Part shown: positions 32,689-44,100 of the stretch, one piece after another
Numbering within the stretch: position 1 is the first letter of the stretch
Layout of the letters: every line of letters begins with the position of its first letter
Assembly (NCBI GenBank): GCA_000165345.1
Contig: CM000435.1
Coordinates: forward strand, 416,001-480,000
Length of the DNA: 64,000 bases
Reading direction: 5' to 3'
Notes under the pieces: generated by a model
Told to the model about the DNA's origin: nothing
What the model saw: the letters and a program-made list of their open reading frames with translations, nothing else
The model's database searches: none
Translations under genes and position numbers: made by a program

Positions 32689-35600
32689 TTATAATACCTG
32701 TCTAACATATGATTGGTAGTTTTCTATGAACTTCCTCAGAATTTGCTTAAATTGAAGGTCATTTGTTTGAGAAATCTCATTCAATAGTTTAAATGTCTCA
32801 TCTAGAAGTCCACTACCGGGCATAAATGATAGGAGCACAAAGTAGTGATACCCAAAAAACAAGGAAATACTTCTTCTTGCGAATGAAACGCTATCTGGGT
32901 TATTAACAGCATTTGGATTATTTTGTGTGAAAGCCGCTTTAGTCCCAGAAAGAACCAAATCTCTTGTAGCTACTACCACATTCAAAGGAACAATAATAGA
33001 ACTTGTATCTTGGCCATGTTGATACTTTTGGCCTATTTGAGTTGTTCTCTTATTTTGTTTATTGGAGTTTTTCTCTACAAGGACAAGAGGAGCTTCCCCT
33101 TTAATTAGTAGCTTAAGAAACGTCAGCTGAGAGTTTAGCAATGATTCTTCCTTTTGAGAGTTATTCAATATTGAAAACCATAGAAAGGATGTGGCAACTT
33201 CAATTCCCATCTTCTTAAGCTCTTGTGACATGTTCGAGGAGTTTAGATCTGAACAAGTAAGTATTTTCAAGTATATACTTGTAATTACCTCAACTGACTG
33301 GATGTAAATATCTTGCTCTGTGAATAAATGCCTATCTCCATTATACTCGAGCCAATGAATTGGAGTCGAGAGAGATGGAAGTAAGCTTGAGATTAGAAAA
33401 CATAGAATGGGATTTTGAATGTTCGCCAAAGCTTCTCTAAACAAAAAAGCCGAAGGGACCAAATTTACATAAGATTTTATCCCAAAATTAGATGTCACTC
33501 CTACTGGATTTAGAATTACCTGATTTAGTATTTGTTTTGCCTCACTCATTTTTTCCCCTTGAGTAGAACATAATTTTGCTAAAAGCTCGAGACTTGTTTT
33601 TCCCTTTGAAAGCTGGTTAATGATCTTCACAAGTGAAAGTTGTATGGACATTCTAGCTTGATGAGCTTCCACTGAAAATGCTATATCCTCTAGTACTGTT
33701 TGTCTAAATCTCTCATCTATGCTACAAAGGGATATAGGGGATGGCCAACATAACAACCATAGTTTCAAAATATATAGGAATATTTCTGGAATCAGTGTCT
33801 CAAATATATTTGTAAAGTCTTCCGAGTTTCCATGTAATGTTACCAAATGGCAAATTAAATGAGATATTTCCTCGCATGCTTCCGAGTATCTTGATCCTTG
33901 GAATGCTTTTTGCATCCTATTCTCTGAATCAATTAAAGATGCCAAAAATGAGCTACAAATAGGAACTATGTAATTACAAATTTCAGGACCCATGATTCGT
34001 ATAAACCTATGCATAGGTGAAAGCACGGATATCTGAAGTCCACCACTTTCTGAGATTAAAACCGAGTTTGAACATCTTGCGAGCAGCAAAAGAATGTTCA
34101 GAGAAGCTCTCCAAAGATGGGACAAAGCTGGAATCTGTTCAGTGAGAGCATCTGAGATTGAAGAAATCATTTGAACAAGTTCCATTGCACTTCTCCACTT
34201 TAGAAGGTCATTTTTTATATCATTTCCACCAGAATTCTGTGAAATCTGCTCAATTAGCTTGTGAGACAACTCTAGCATGGGCTTTACAATTTCCTCATAT
34301 TGAAGAACCACCTCCTGTTGTTCTGTAATGTTACTTCTAGATTTCAATTTGTTGAATAAGAGGAAACCAATTGCTTCACAAATAGTGTTTAAAGATTTGG
34401 ATCCCAATCCACTTTTGAAAGACTCAAGACATTCATTTTCAATTGTACCTTTTTCAGCAAGCTTAAGTATCAGACTCAATGTCTCATGTGACCTCAGTAA
34501 TAGTACTAACTTCGGAATATAATCAAAAAGACAATTGCTAAATGATTTGGTGATCCCTACAACCGACTTGGAAGATTGGTAGGAAATTGAGTAGTGTGGG
34601 TTAAGAAACCCACAATTAGAGAGTAATACATCAAGGATTTTGTTAAGAATCTTCCTAGTTTCATCAGTCTGGATATTAAGAGTTCCCCCACTATTGCTCC
34701 CAATAAGATCTGTAAAGTTCCTAAAAATTTGAAGAATTGAGTTTCTCAGGAATATTTCCCTGTGAATTCCAGATTCTGTTGGCTTGTAGCACTTACAGTT
34801 GAAATACATAATTTCAGAACACTCTAAAATAGACCCAACAAATCTGATATAATGGCTGGAAATTAAAAGATTTGAATCAGATAAAGAGGCATTTCTAGAC
34901 TTGAGTAGCTTTCTCTTTTCTGCTAGGGAGGCTTGTCCAAACTTTGCAATCAGAAAAGAAACGGAGTCAACCTGGTTAAAACTTACAGATTGGATATCTG
35001 AAGTAAGATTTTTAATAATCATCTCCATGAATTCACAAACTATTTCAGGCTTAAGGTCCAAAAGAGAAAGGAATAAGGCTCCAAAATCTGGTGAGTTTTT
35101 TCCTCGATTCATGACTCCAGGGAAATCTGTATCAGATTCACCTCCAGTTTGATAAAAGTAGTGAGAATCAGGTTTCTTTAGAGCATTCAATAGAGCAAAT
35201 AAGACTCCTGATACGAAATTTGAAAAGAAAGATGTATTATTATTTAGATCTTGTGAAAGTCTTGATAAATAAGAATCATTTGACGAGAGTACCAATGAAA
35301 AATGAGTTAAGAACTTACATGTTTCTTGTTTAATTTGTTTAAACTCTGAGCTCTCGATTGAAAGTATAATATTCAAAGATGGAAGCAAAGTCTCAAGAAT
35401 CTCCATTCCTGTTTTAAAAGCAGCCAGATCACTTTCCTCTGCATTTTTAGACTCTTGTTCTAAGAATAGGTTTTTTATGGCTAAGAAGAGTTCATTTATA
35501 ATTTTAAGAACAAAATTAGCCCTAAATGACAAAAGAAATAAACAAAAGTCTTTAAAAATATCTCCAAAAGGGCCTTGTTCTATAGAAATAATGGTTTCTG

Positions 35601-36555
35601 GATTCTCTAAAATGGGCCACTTCCCTAGAATTTGAGATTGAAAATACTCTGGAGTAATATCCTTTATATTGAGGGTAATCTGATTTTCAACCAAATATGA
35701 GATATTTAAATCCTTAAAGAGTTGAATTTTGACTTTAGGAGGCATTCCCTTTAAAAGAATTGCAGATAGAAAATTCAAAGTTTCAACAACAACAGGAGAA
35801 TCAATGGGATTCAGAAAGCTGAGAATAATAGAAAGAACCTCATTATTCACAGCATAGCTTATATCAATCCAATCAATGAAAGATTCCATCATCTTCATAG
35901 AAGAAGAAAGTAGTTGAATTCTATCTTTAGTAAGAGACTGACTCTTGTGTTTGGAAACCACAAAAATCCAGGCTTGAACAATATGATTTAAATCGCCATT
36001 TACTCTCATAATATCTTTAATCTTACGTCTTATTGAGATATCTTCAGCAGATTGCAACCCAATATTACTAACAATCATTTTATCAAAGGTACATAATATC
36101 CTTATAAACATGTCTGGCATCCAATCATGCGCTGTAACCAAAGAAACTATGTCTAAAAATGCAGATGGCCAGTTCTCCGGATAATCAGCATATATCATAG
36201 TTACATATAACTCAGAAATTTTGTTTTTTAAATAGCTTTGAGTGTTTCCCATACGAACTGGATCACGTAGATAGTCTGATAATGCCTCCCTGATCACCTT
36301 CTTGCTATCAATCATTAGCTTACAGGAAACCGTCTTGTTCTCCTCACCAGGAAAAGTCCCTATCATCTTAATCAAACTTCCAACACTCCAAAATCTAACA
36401 TCATCATCAGTTCCTGTAGTAAAGTGTTTCAGACATATCTTCCAGCCTTCAGACGATCCTACCACTAATTCACATACTTCCAAACTCCTCAATTTCTCGG
36501 ATGGAGTAGATCCTGGAGAATTTAATGTTTTTATCGCTTTCTCAAGATCATCCAT
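32689..36555 (-). CDS. Exportin-T/exportin-5-like importin-beta family export receptor (about 1290 aa).
   Basis: N-terminal importin-beta N-domain pattern matching exportin-T (LRSLEVCELVVGSSEGWKICLKHFTTGTDDDVRFWSVGSLIKMI versus XPOT RALAYFEQLKISPDAWQVCAEALAQRTYSDDHVKFFCFQVLEHQV). A long HEAT-like helical body. The ORF track extends 15 codons further to 36600 (MWIILAKILVVIDRIM); the ATG at 36555 (MDDLEKAIKTL) is preferred. Confidence 0.5.
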   Translation of the reverse strand: MDDLEKAIKTLNSPGSTPSEKLRSLEVCELVVGSSEGWKICLKHFTTGTDDDVRFWSVGSLIKMIGTFPGEENKTVSCKLMIDSKKVIREALSDYLRDPVRMGNTQSYLKNKISELYVTMIYADYPENWPSAFLDIVSLVTAHDWMPDMFIRILCTFDKMIVSNIGLQSAEDISIRRKIKDIMRVNGDLNHIVQAWIFVVSKHKSQSLTKDRIQLLSSSMKMMESFIDWIDISYAVNNEVLSIILSFLNPIDSPVVVETLNFLSAILLKGMPPKVKIQLFKDLNISYLVENQITLNIKDITPEYFQSQILGKWPILENPETIISIEQGPFGDIFKDFCLFLLSFRANFVLKIINELFLAIKNLFLEQESKNAEESDLAAFKTGMEILETLLPSLNIILSIESSEFKQIKQETCKFLTHFSLVLSSNDSYLSRLSQDLNNNTSFFSNFVSGVLFALLNALKKPDSHYFYQTGGESDTDFPGVMNRGKNSPDFGALFLSLLDLKPEIVCEFMEMIIKNLTSDIQSVSFNQVDSVSFLIAKFGQASLAEKRKLLKSRNASLSDSNLLISSHYIRFVGSILECSEIMYFNCKCYKPTESGIHREIFLRNSILQIFRNFTDLIGSNSGGTLNIQTDETRKILNKILDVLLSNCGFLNPHYSISYQSSKSVVGITKSFSNCLFDYIPKLVLLLRSHETLSLILKLAEKGTIENECLESFKSGLGSKSLNTICEAIGFLLFNKLKSRSNITEQQEVVLQYEEIVKPMLELSHKLIEQISQNSGGNDIKNDLLKWRSAMELVQMISSISDALTEQIPALSHLWRASLNILLLLARCSNSVLISESGGLQISVLSPMHRFIRIMGPEICNYIVPICSSFLASLIDSENRMQKAFQGSRYSEACEEISHLICHLVTLHGNSEDFTNIFETLIPEIFLYILKLWLLCWPSPISLCSIDERFRQTVLEDIAFSVEAHQARMSIQLSLVKIINQLSKGKTSLELLAKLCSTQGEKMSEAKQILNQVILNPVGVTSNFGIKSYVNLVPSAFLFREALANIQNPILCFLISSLLPSLSTPIHWLEYNGDRHLFTEQDIYIQSVEVITSIYLKILTCSDLNSSNMSQELKKMGIEVATSFLWFSILNNSQKEESLLNSQLTFLKLLIKGEAPLVLVEKNSNKQNKRTTQIGQKYQHGQDTSSIIVPLNVVVATRDLVLSGTKAAFTQNNPNAVNNPDSVSFARRSISLFFGYHYFVLLSFMPGSGLLDETFKLLNEISQTNDLQFKQILRKFIENYQSYVRQVL

Positions 36556-36891
36556 TATTCTGTCAATTACGACAAGTATTTTTGCTAATATAATCCACAT
36601 CAGGCGGGAAAATATGGTTTAGCGAACATAGGGCAAGAAACCGATGAAAGAGGAAAAAAAAGGATAAGGTATAAAAGACCATATTTGAAAAGGGATCTGA
36701 ACTTGGAAATTCAAAAGTCCGACATCCAATATTAGGAGTGGTAGGAGGCTTACTTTTATTCCTCCTATTGTCCGCATGTAGCTTTTGAAATCGCAGCTTA
36801 GAAATTAGAAGCCAGAGGAATTTCTTCAGTTTCCTCCCCACTTTATTCCTAAGGAAGATTAAATTGCTATATATAGTTAATATTTTGGAAT

Positions 36892-39636
36892 ATGGACCGT
36901 ACAACTTTTATGGATGGCTTAAGAGCCTTCCATGAAAGTCAGGGTCGAGCATTTAGGCCCCAAAAAGTGTCAGGCCACACTTTAGATCCATATAGAATGT
37001 TTTTGATGATAGTTGCAAGAGGTGGGTATTCTAGAGTGAATAAGAATTCCAGATGGTTTGTTTTTGGAAAACCAATGGGAATTGATATTCCAGAAGGGAA
37101 GCAACAGGAGGTTGGATTTGGGATTAAGAATTATTATTTGAACTGGTTAAGAGAGTACGAAAAGGCGTTGGACGATAGTATAAAGCTTGCAATGGCAGCT
37201 GAATTTGCTGCTAATAATCCAGACTTAGTTCCAAATCCCAACCTTGCTTTGTCTTACTATACCCAAACTTCTACTTCTAATACAAATGAAGAAGCACCTT
37301 TAACTCGTTCTGCTGCGGCTTCCCTATCCAGAACTAGAGGAGGAAGATCTAATGAAGAGATGGAGAACTCAAGGATGGAGAAGAATCAGGTAGTTTCAGA
37401 TCCTTCAAAAGTGATTGACTCTGCTGACGCTTTCTATTTGGTTCCTTGCGAAAGTCATTGTCTTCATAACAAACCAATAACTCCCAAAAACCTCACAATT
37501 TACGATATTGAAGAGCCTTATTCTCCAAAGTATCCTATTACAGATGATTTATGGTATTTGATGGCACACTTTAGGAATCCAGATTCAAAAATGGAAGACA
37601 AAATTCAGATTATTAACAATTTAATGGCCATTGCAGCTAATAAAAGACTAAACCTAAGCAGTTTTCCTTCAATTTTAAATGAATTCTCTGAAATAATGAC
37701 AGTTTGTACCTTTTCAATTGACTCTCAAATACTTAAAAAGGAGAAACTTCAGAGAGAGAATCCCCTAGACATTAATAAACTAAAATTAATGATTGAAAAG
37801 AGAGTTTGTCTATTGGATATTGCTTTAATCCAGAAGCATCTTTTAGCTTCTTCTTCTAATTTGATTTCACTAATTCTTAATAACAAGGAAAACCTGGAGT
37901 TCATTTACGAAGTCAGTAGCTGTTCTAACATTGGCAAAAACTTTCTTAGAATCTCAAATTATCTCGGTAACCAACCTGAAAATGATCAAGAAACATTAAA
38001 CCAGAACGGAAATCTTCCAAAGATGAACGATTATTCTAATCAGTCAGTTTCTGAATCTTTATCTCATTCGAATACACTAAAAACCTGTTACTTGAGGATT
38101 CCTGAAGCTGTAAAAGTTCTTGAACAAATTAACAACTTTTATACAGAGAACTCTATTCAGAATAAAGAGTTGAATATAGTCCGCTTAAAGGCTCTCTTAA
38201 CTGCATTACTTACAGTTTTCAGAACAAGTTCTGGAATAATATTTTCATATGAGAGAAAATTCCATAATGAAGTTCTTCCTTTAGTCTTAGTATCCTCGAA
38301 TTATCGTCAAAAGGCAAATCCTCACTCAGAGAAAGTTATTATTAAGTTTAACACAAGTTCACAAATACAATACGAATCAGATAATAAAGAAAATAGTTAT
38401 AATTATGATGATTTTAGCCTGACTAAGGAAATTGATCCAGATTCAATGAATGAGATAAGCTTCAAGGATGAGCTCAGAAAGAAAACCAAAACTATGAAAC
38501 ATAATGATCCTGATTTACTTGACCAAGTTTTAGAATATTTGAATTCTGAAACAAGATATTCCTGGGCTATTCTTTCTTCAACAATAAATTCTCTTAACCA
38601 TCTCATTCCCGTTATTTTTGAAGAAAAATTTGATGAGGTATTGAGCCTTGTGAACAGCTTTATAATGGAGATTTTCAAATCCTGTAGAACATGTTCTCAG
38701 TTTTCAATCCCATCATTGACAAATTGTATGAGAGAAGTGAGGAAAAACTCTTGCCTTCTTCCCTGCTTAATTTATAATAAAGAAGGAATACAGCTTATAT
38801 CAGATATTCTAGAATTTGGATGTAATGTGATTTTAAATATTACTTCAGGACAAGCTCAAAGCAAGGTTAAATGCAATCAAAAGCTCTTAAATTCTTTTTT
38901 TCAGATAATTTTAAAGCTATCATCAACATGTATCGGATTCTACTCATTCCTTAAGGATGAAGAGAACTTTAAATCGGGTATATTTTCTTCAAATATCAAA
39001 TCTATTAAATATTTGTTTGAGGAATTGGTTCTACCAATTTCCCTAGCAACTTTAGTAACTATTTCAGAACATGTTTCCTTTGGGAGAATCTTCCAATCAT
39101 TTTCTAATCTAAATTACCACTATCTTCATCACCATACCCAATTTACTCAATCCCTAATTGAAAACCAGTCTAGCAACCAAGCTATTAACCAAGAAATCTT
39201 AAATATAAGCGACAGTAATGATTCGTTTGTTAAAGATCAAATCTTGATTCTTTGGGGAAGAGAAATCATTGGTCCTGTTTTTGAGCTACTTAAATCAGAA
39301 TTAGATGAATTTGCTAAAAATAAATTGGAAAAAATACCAGTTTCTTGTTTAATGCTTTCTCAGTATATTATTTACATATCATCAGAATTAATGTCCTGGA
39401 AAAATTCTCAGAAGGATCCCAACTTACAGAAATTACACTGCAAATCTTCTAGAGAAATTGCAATAGGAATCCTTTCTCCATTCATTGACATTTTAATTGA
39501 ACTTGCATGGATTCCCTCCACCTTTAGAAACCTATTCTGGTCCATTATTTCAGAAATCTCTAACTTTGGAGTCTCAAATCCTTCTGTAACCCTAGGTATC
39601 TCTAAATTTACAATTGAAAATCACTCTACAGATTGA
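36892..39636 (+). CDS. ARID/BRIGHT-domain DNA-binding protein (914 aa).
   Basis: N-terminal ARID: FMDGLRAFHESQGRAFRPQKVSGHTLDPYRMFLMIVARGGYSRVNKNSRWFVFGKPMGI...KNYYLNWLREYEK (the F..L..F....G....P.I.G..LDL..L...V...GG...V....W pattern). The rest is low-complexity Asn/Ser-rich. Confidence 0.55.
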   Translation: MDRTTFMDGLRAFHESQGRAFRPQKVSGHTLDPYRMFLMIVARGGYSRVNKNSRWFVFGKPMGIDIPEGKQQEVGFGIKNYYLNWLREYEKALDDSIKLAMAAEFAANNPDLVPNPNLALSYYTQTSTSNTNEEAPLTRSAAASLSRTRGGRSNEEMENSRMEKNQVVSDPSKVIDSADAFYLVPCESHCLHNKPITPKNLTIYDIEEPYSPKYPITDDLWYLMAHFRNPDSKMEDKIQIINNLMAIAANKRLNLSSFPSILNEFSEIMTVCTFSIDSQILKKEKLQRENPLDINKLKLMIEKRVCLLDIALIQKHLLASSSNLISLILNNKENLEFIYEVSSCSNIGKNFLRISNYLGNQPENDQETLNQNGNLPKMNDYSNQSVSESLSHSNTLKTCYLRIPEAVKVLEQINNFYTENSIQNKELNIVRLKALLTALLTVFRTSSGIIFSYERKFHNEVLPLVLVSSNYRQKANPHSEKVIIKFNTSSQIQYESDNKENSYNYDDFSLTKEIDPDSMNEISFKDELRKKTKTMKHNDPDLLDQVLEYLNSETRYSWAILSSTINSLNHLIPVIFEEKFDEVLSLVNSFIMEIFKSCRTCSQFSIPSLTNCMREVRKNSCLLPCLIYNKEGIQLISDILEFGCNVILNITSGQAQSKVKCNQKLLNSFFQIILKLSSTCIGFYSFLKDEENFKSGIFSSNIKSIKYLFEELVLPISLATLVTISEHVSFGRIFQSFSNLNYHYLHHHTQFTQSLIENQSSNQAINQEILNISDSNDSFVKDQILILWGREIIGPVFELLKSELDEFAKNKLEKIPVSCLMLSQYIIYISSELMSWKNSQKDPNLQKLHCKSSREIAIGILSPFIDILIELAWIPSTFRNLFWSIISEISNFGVSNPSVTLGISKFTIENHSTD

Positions 39637-39853
39637 CTAATTAGGAAATTAACATAGAAAAACTATTAATCTTAATCTATTTAGTTATTTTTGTCTATTT
39701 TTACACTTAAATGTTTCAATTCCCATCTTGCCTGTATTTAGTTAAGCAAATCATATAGAAAATTATTTATTATTGTTCAAGCAAATAATCGCAAAATAAA
39801 ATATCATATTCAATCATTCATATGATTATCTATGTTCCTAGCTTTAAATCTAA

Positions 39854-40738
39854 TCAATTAATTGTTTCATGGGGGAATACTGGTAGCTCTGTGACATTAT
39901 TGTTGCTATTAATCATACTCTATTTTCCAGGTTTTAAGTTAGTAAACTTTTATTCTTTCTTTCTACCTTTCCTCTAAACTTACCACTAATTTATTAGATC
40001 CCAAGTGTTGGCAAGGCTTTTGTAACATCTGCTCCCTCTCATCTCTCCATTGCTGAACTCGAGTAGAGATATCTGAAAAGATTTGCTGAAGTCTAATTTT
40101 GTGGCCTGGAAGCCAAGTTTTATTTGAAAACTTTTCAATTTCGTCAATATCCTTTGGTGTTATTGTACAAAGGGCTTCAAGCTGCAAATTCAATTCAGTT
40201 TAAATTGTTAAAACGACCAAAAATAAATAATTTGAGGGAAAAATATTTCTTCCTCTAATTTTTTGAAAAACTTACCGTATCAAATCCTGCACCAATAAAG
40301 TCACCTGTAATTTTAGAGTTAATAAATTGTGATCTAAAGAAATCTATTACTGCAAATCTTTCCTGCTCAAATTCATATTCTAAAAAGGTTTTGAATTTAT
40401 GTTTAATTAAATTTAATATAAATAGTTAAAAAAAAAAAGATAATTGGTTGCATGCAAACACCGGTATCAATTTTTTTATTGCATGCAACTTACAAATTAC
40501 TTACCAGCATTCCAAATTCTTGAAAACCCCAAAAGATGCTCTCCATAATTCTTACACATGAAATCTACTATAAAATATGGGATATTTTCAGGATCTGATT
40601 CATCAAACTCCTTTAAAAATGTTTCCAAAAATCAATATTACAATATTAAATATTTAAATTTTGTCATTAACTTACCTGAAGCAACCTCTCGGTTATCTTT
40701 TCCATAGCAATCCTTCTAGCTGGGAATCCCTGTTCCAT
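39854..40738 (-). CDS. Hypothetical 5-exon gene (about 178 aa), minus strand: 40738..40676, 40610..40505, 40378..40275, 40181..39984, 39919..39854. Possibly carries an N-terminal RIIa/DPY-30-like docking motif.
   Basis: All four introns have GTAAGT donors and Y-rich AG acceptors with consistent phases (0, 1, 0, 0). Product MEQGFPARRIAMEKITERLLQ/EFDESDPENIPYFIVDFMCKNYGEHLLGFSRIWNA/EYEFEQERFAVIDFFRSQFINSKITGDFIGAGFDT/LEALCTITPKDIDEIEKFSNKTWLPGHKIRLQQIFSDISTRVQQWRDEREQMLQKPCQHLGSNKLV/SMINSNNNVTELPVFPHETIN. No family confidently recognised. Confidence 0.35.
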
Positions 40739-41153
40739 TTTTACACTACTTTAATAAAATCTGTGCCTTTTTTTGCTTCAAAATTTTTAGGAAAATTAAA
40801 AAAAAAAAATACAAATAAAAAATATTGTGTGCATGCACATGAAATATTTGTATGCGACCCTTGAATATAAAGTAATTATGAAAGTAAAATTTCAACTCAA
40901 CTTTTGCCTTTAGATGCGTTTTTTGTGTTTGTAATGATGAGAATGAGTATTGTATGTTTGTTTCTGTTGATTTACGTTAACATTTGAGCTTATATTGCAT
41001 TGATTTCCTACACACTGAGAATCATAAGTTACAATTGCTTCAGTTTTCACTTGCTTAATACATTTTTCTCCTTCTTCCGTGAAACCCTAAAAATTGTAAT
41101 GAATTTAAATTAATTATCACAAAAAAAATTGATTATATTTTCTTTAACTTTTT

Positions 41154-44100
41154 TTAACTTACAATTGGACACCTAAACTTTGCCTGAGCAAATCTTAAGC
41201 AATGATTCTTTTTTAAAATTAACCCTGGTGGACAAATTCTTTTGTGACCTGAGTACTCAATCATAATACATTTATTTCCGGCTTCTACAAATCCTTTTGG
41301 ACATCTTGAAATCGGGTCAAGATATATCTTATTTTCACATGTATCATTTGGACATTCCTTCTTTAACATAGAGAAACATTGTCCATTTACCATCATGGAA
41401 TCTCTTGGACAGGAATTTACCGTGGAATGGTATTTTTCCCAAACACAAATTGCTTGATCTAGTTTATATCCATTAGGACAACTAACCTCAGGTTCTACAA
41501 CTTTCTGAGTTTTACAATCCTTGTGTTGACAAATCTTATCTTTATAAAGTACACACTTATCTCCACTTAGAATATACCCTTCAGAGGGGCAAATCATATC
41601 TTTTGGAACAATCTCGGATTCCTTACAAGTGTTTCCATTAACTAATTCTGTTCCATTTGGACAAACTTTATTGGGAGTTATTGTTTTCAATTCTTCACAA
41701 TTATTGTTTTGACATTCCTTGACTGAGTAAGTGAGACAACTTCCATTAGAAATAATAGATCCTTTTGGACAAGAGATTTGTCCATTATTAAATAGTTTTT
41801 TCGTGCAAATTGGTCCTCCGTAGTTCAAATTTTGAGAGTTCTTTTGGAATCCAGAAGGACAACTTAAGACTGGGGGGAAAGTTTCTTGGGCTAAACATCC
41901 TCCTCTTGGACAAATCGACTCAACTTCTCTAATACAATAAGAATTCATAAGATTTGTTCCAAGGGGACATTTCAATTGAGGAAGATGATGAACTCTTTTT
42001 GAACAATTTCCTCCAGGGAAAAGTGAATACTGATTAGGACACTCAATAATAGGAGGAAAATGAACTTTTTTCTCACATTGATTATTCAAACATTCCTTAT
42101 AGACATACTTGGCACATAAATCATCCTGAATAGTGAAATCCTTGGGACAAGTAAGAATAGAAGGACTTCTTTTGATACTTTCACATTGATTTCTGGAAAT
42201 CAAAGTTCCTTGCTTACATGTAATTCTTGGTGGAATTGAAATAGTAACTGAGCAGTTTCCTCCTGAACATTCTTTAGATACCTGGTGAACGCATTGATCT
42301 CCTACTAATTTGAACGGTTTAATACATTTCAAAATTTGAGGTCCAATATTAATTTTTTCGCAAAGTTTGGTTTTTGAGTTTAGGGTTTCATTCTCATCAC
42401 ATTTAAACTCTGGAGGCTCTTTATGAATGATCTCACAATTACTATATGAACAAATCTTAACAATTCTTTCAATACAAATTTGTTGATTTGCACTAGAAAG
42501 TTCTCCTCTTTCACAGGTTTTTTCTGGAAAGACTTCATGCTTAAATATACAAACCCCATCTTCAAAAACAAATCCTGGAGGACAAATTCGTATTGAATCG
42601 ATAATATTTCTCAAAGTACAACCTTCTGGAGGACAAATTTTGGTAGTTACTTGAATACAATTTCCTTCTTCCATAATATATCCCTCTTCACAAATTAATT
42701 CTGGAGCTTTTCTAACAATAGAGGCACATTTATTATCTTCAGTCATACTAGAGCCTGGAGGACAAATGTTAACTTTTGGGATCATAAATTCCTCAAAACA
42801 CGTTTCCAGGGTTTTTGTATGGTCTGAGCAGATTCTTGTCATTGGAAGATGTTCTTTCTTCATACACTCTTTTCCAATATTAATTGATCCCTGTGGACAG
42901 GAAATCTTTGGAGGAAAAGCCTCAGTTCTAGTACAAGTTTTATGATTTCTTATGGCTTGAGAACAAATTCCTGAGTTTCTTTGGCCATAAAATCCAAGAT
43001 TAGAAGTATTTATGGTATTGACTCCACTTCCACAAGGAACAGGAACAATACTTACCTCAGAACAATCATATTCAACCAATTTTTGGCATTGTTTGATCTC
43101 ACTCAAATAATATCCCTTGGGACATTCATAGGAAACATCTATAAAACTCTCAACCAGACAGGAATCTCCAATTTTAGTTCCTTTGAGACATTTATATTCA
43201 AGAGGAAGAGGCTTTCTTCCTCCACACATTCCTGAATCAAGTCCAATAGTTCCTTCTGGACATTGAGGTTTTGAGTCTGAAATATTAATTTGAACACAAT
43301 CTCCATATTTTCCTTCCCTTCCAAATCCTTCTGGACAAAAAGAACTAGGTTTTGAGGTCTTAAAGCATTCATCTCCGTTATCCAAAAATCCAGGAGGACA
43401 AATTTTACTTCTTTGTATTGTTTTATGACAACTCATATCTAATTCATTGATTTCATATCCTACTGGACAATTTAACTCTCCCTCAGCTCTTTTCTCTTTT
43501 ATACATTTATTTTCTATTAAAGAATATCCTTCTGGACAATTTGATTTGGCTCTAGTTTCTATAATACAGAAATTCTCATTTGTCGAATCTTCTCTAGATC
43601 CTTCTGGGCATATTTTTGGAATAACTTCAGTATAAATACATTCTCCTAGTGAATTCAAGGTACTGGGTTCCTGACAAACCAAATCTGGAGATCTTGTAGT
43701 AATTTTTGTACACTTTTGTGTCTCAGGATTATATTTGTATCCTTCAATACATTGCTTTTCCGGGGATTCTATAACTGAGCAATAACCTCCAGAATCTAAA
43801 GAATTCAAAGGACATTTTCTTTTTGAAGTATTTTCACTAGTTAAAATACAAACAGAGTCAGATAATTCTGAACCTGAGGGGCATACTGTCTCAGCTGGAG
43901 ATAGAATAACCTCTTCACATTGTCCATTCACTAAACTCTGGAGATTTGGACAGGTTCTTCTTGGGGATACAAAACTAGCACATTCATTTTCTCCAATCTC
44001 TTCGTATCCTGGGGGACAAACTTGGATATTTCTTTCATACCCAACACAAGTCGAAGTACTTTGTTCAAATTTAGAATTTGGAGGACAAATAATATTTGGT

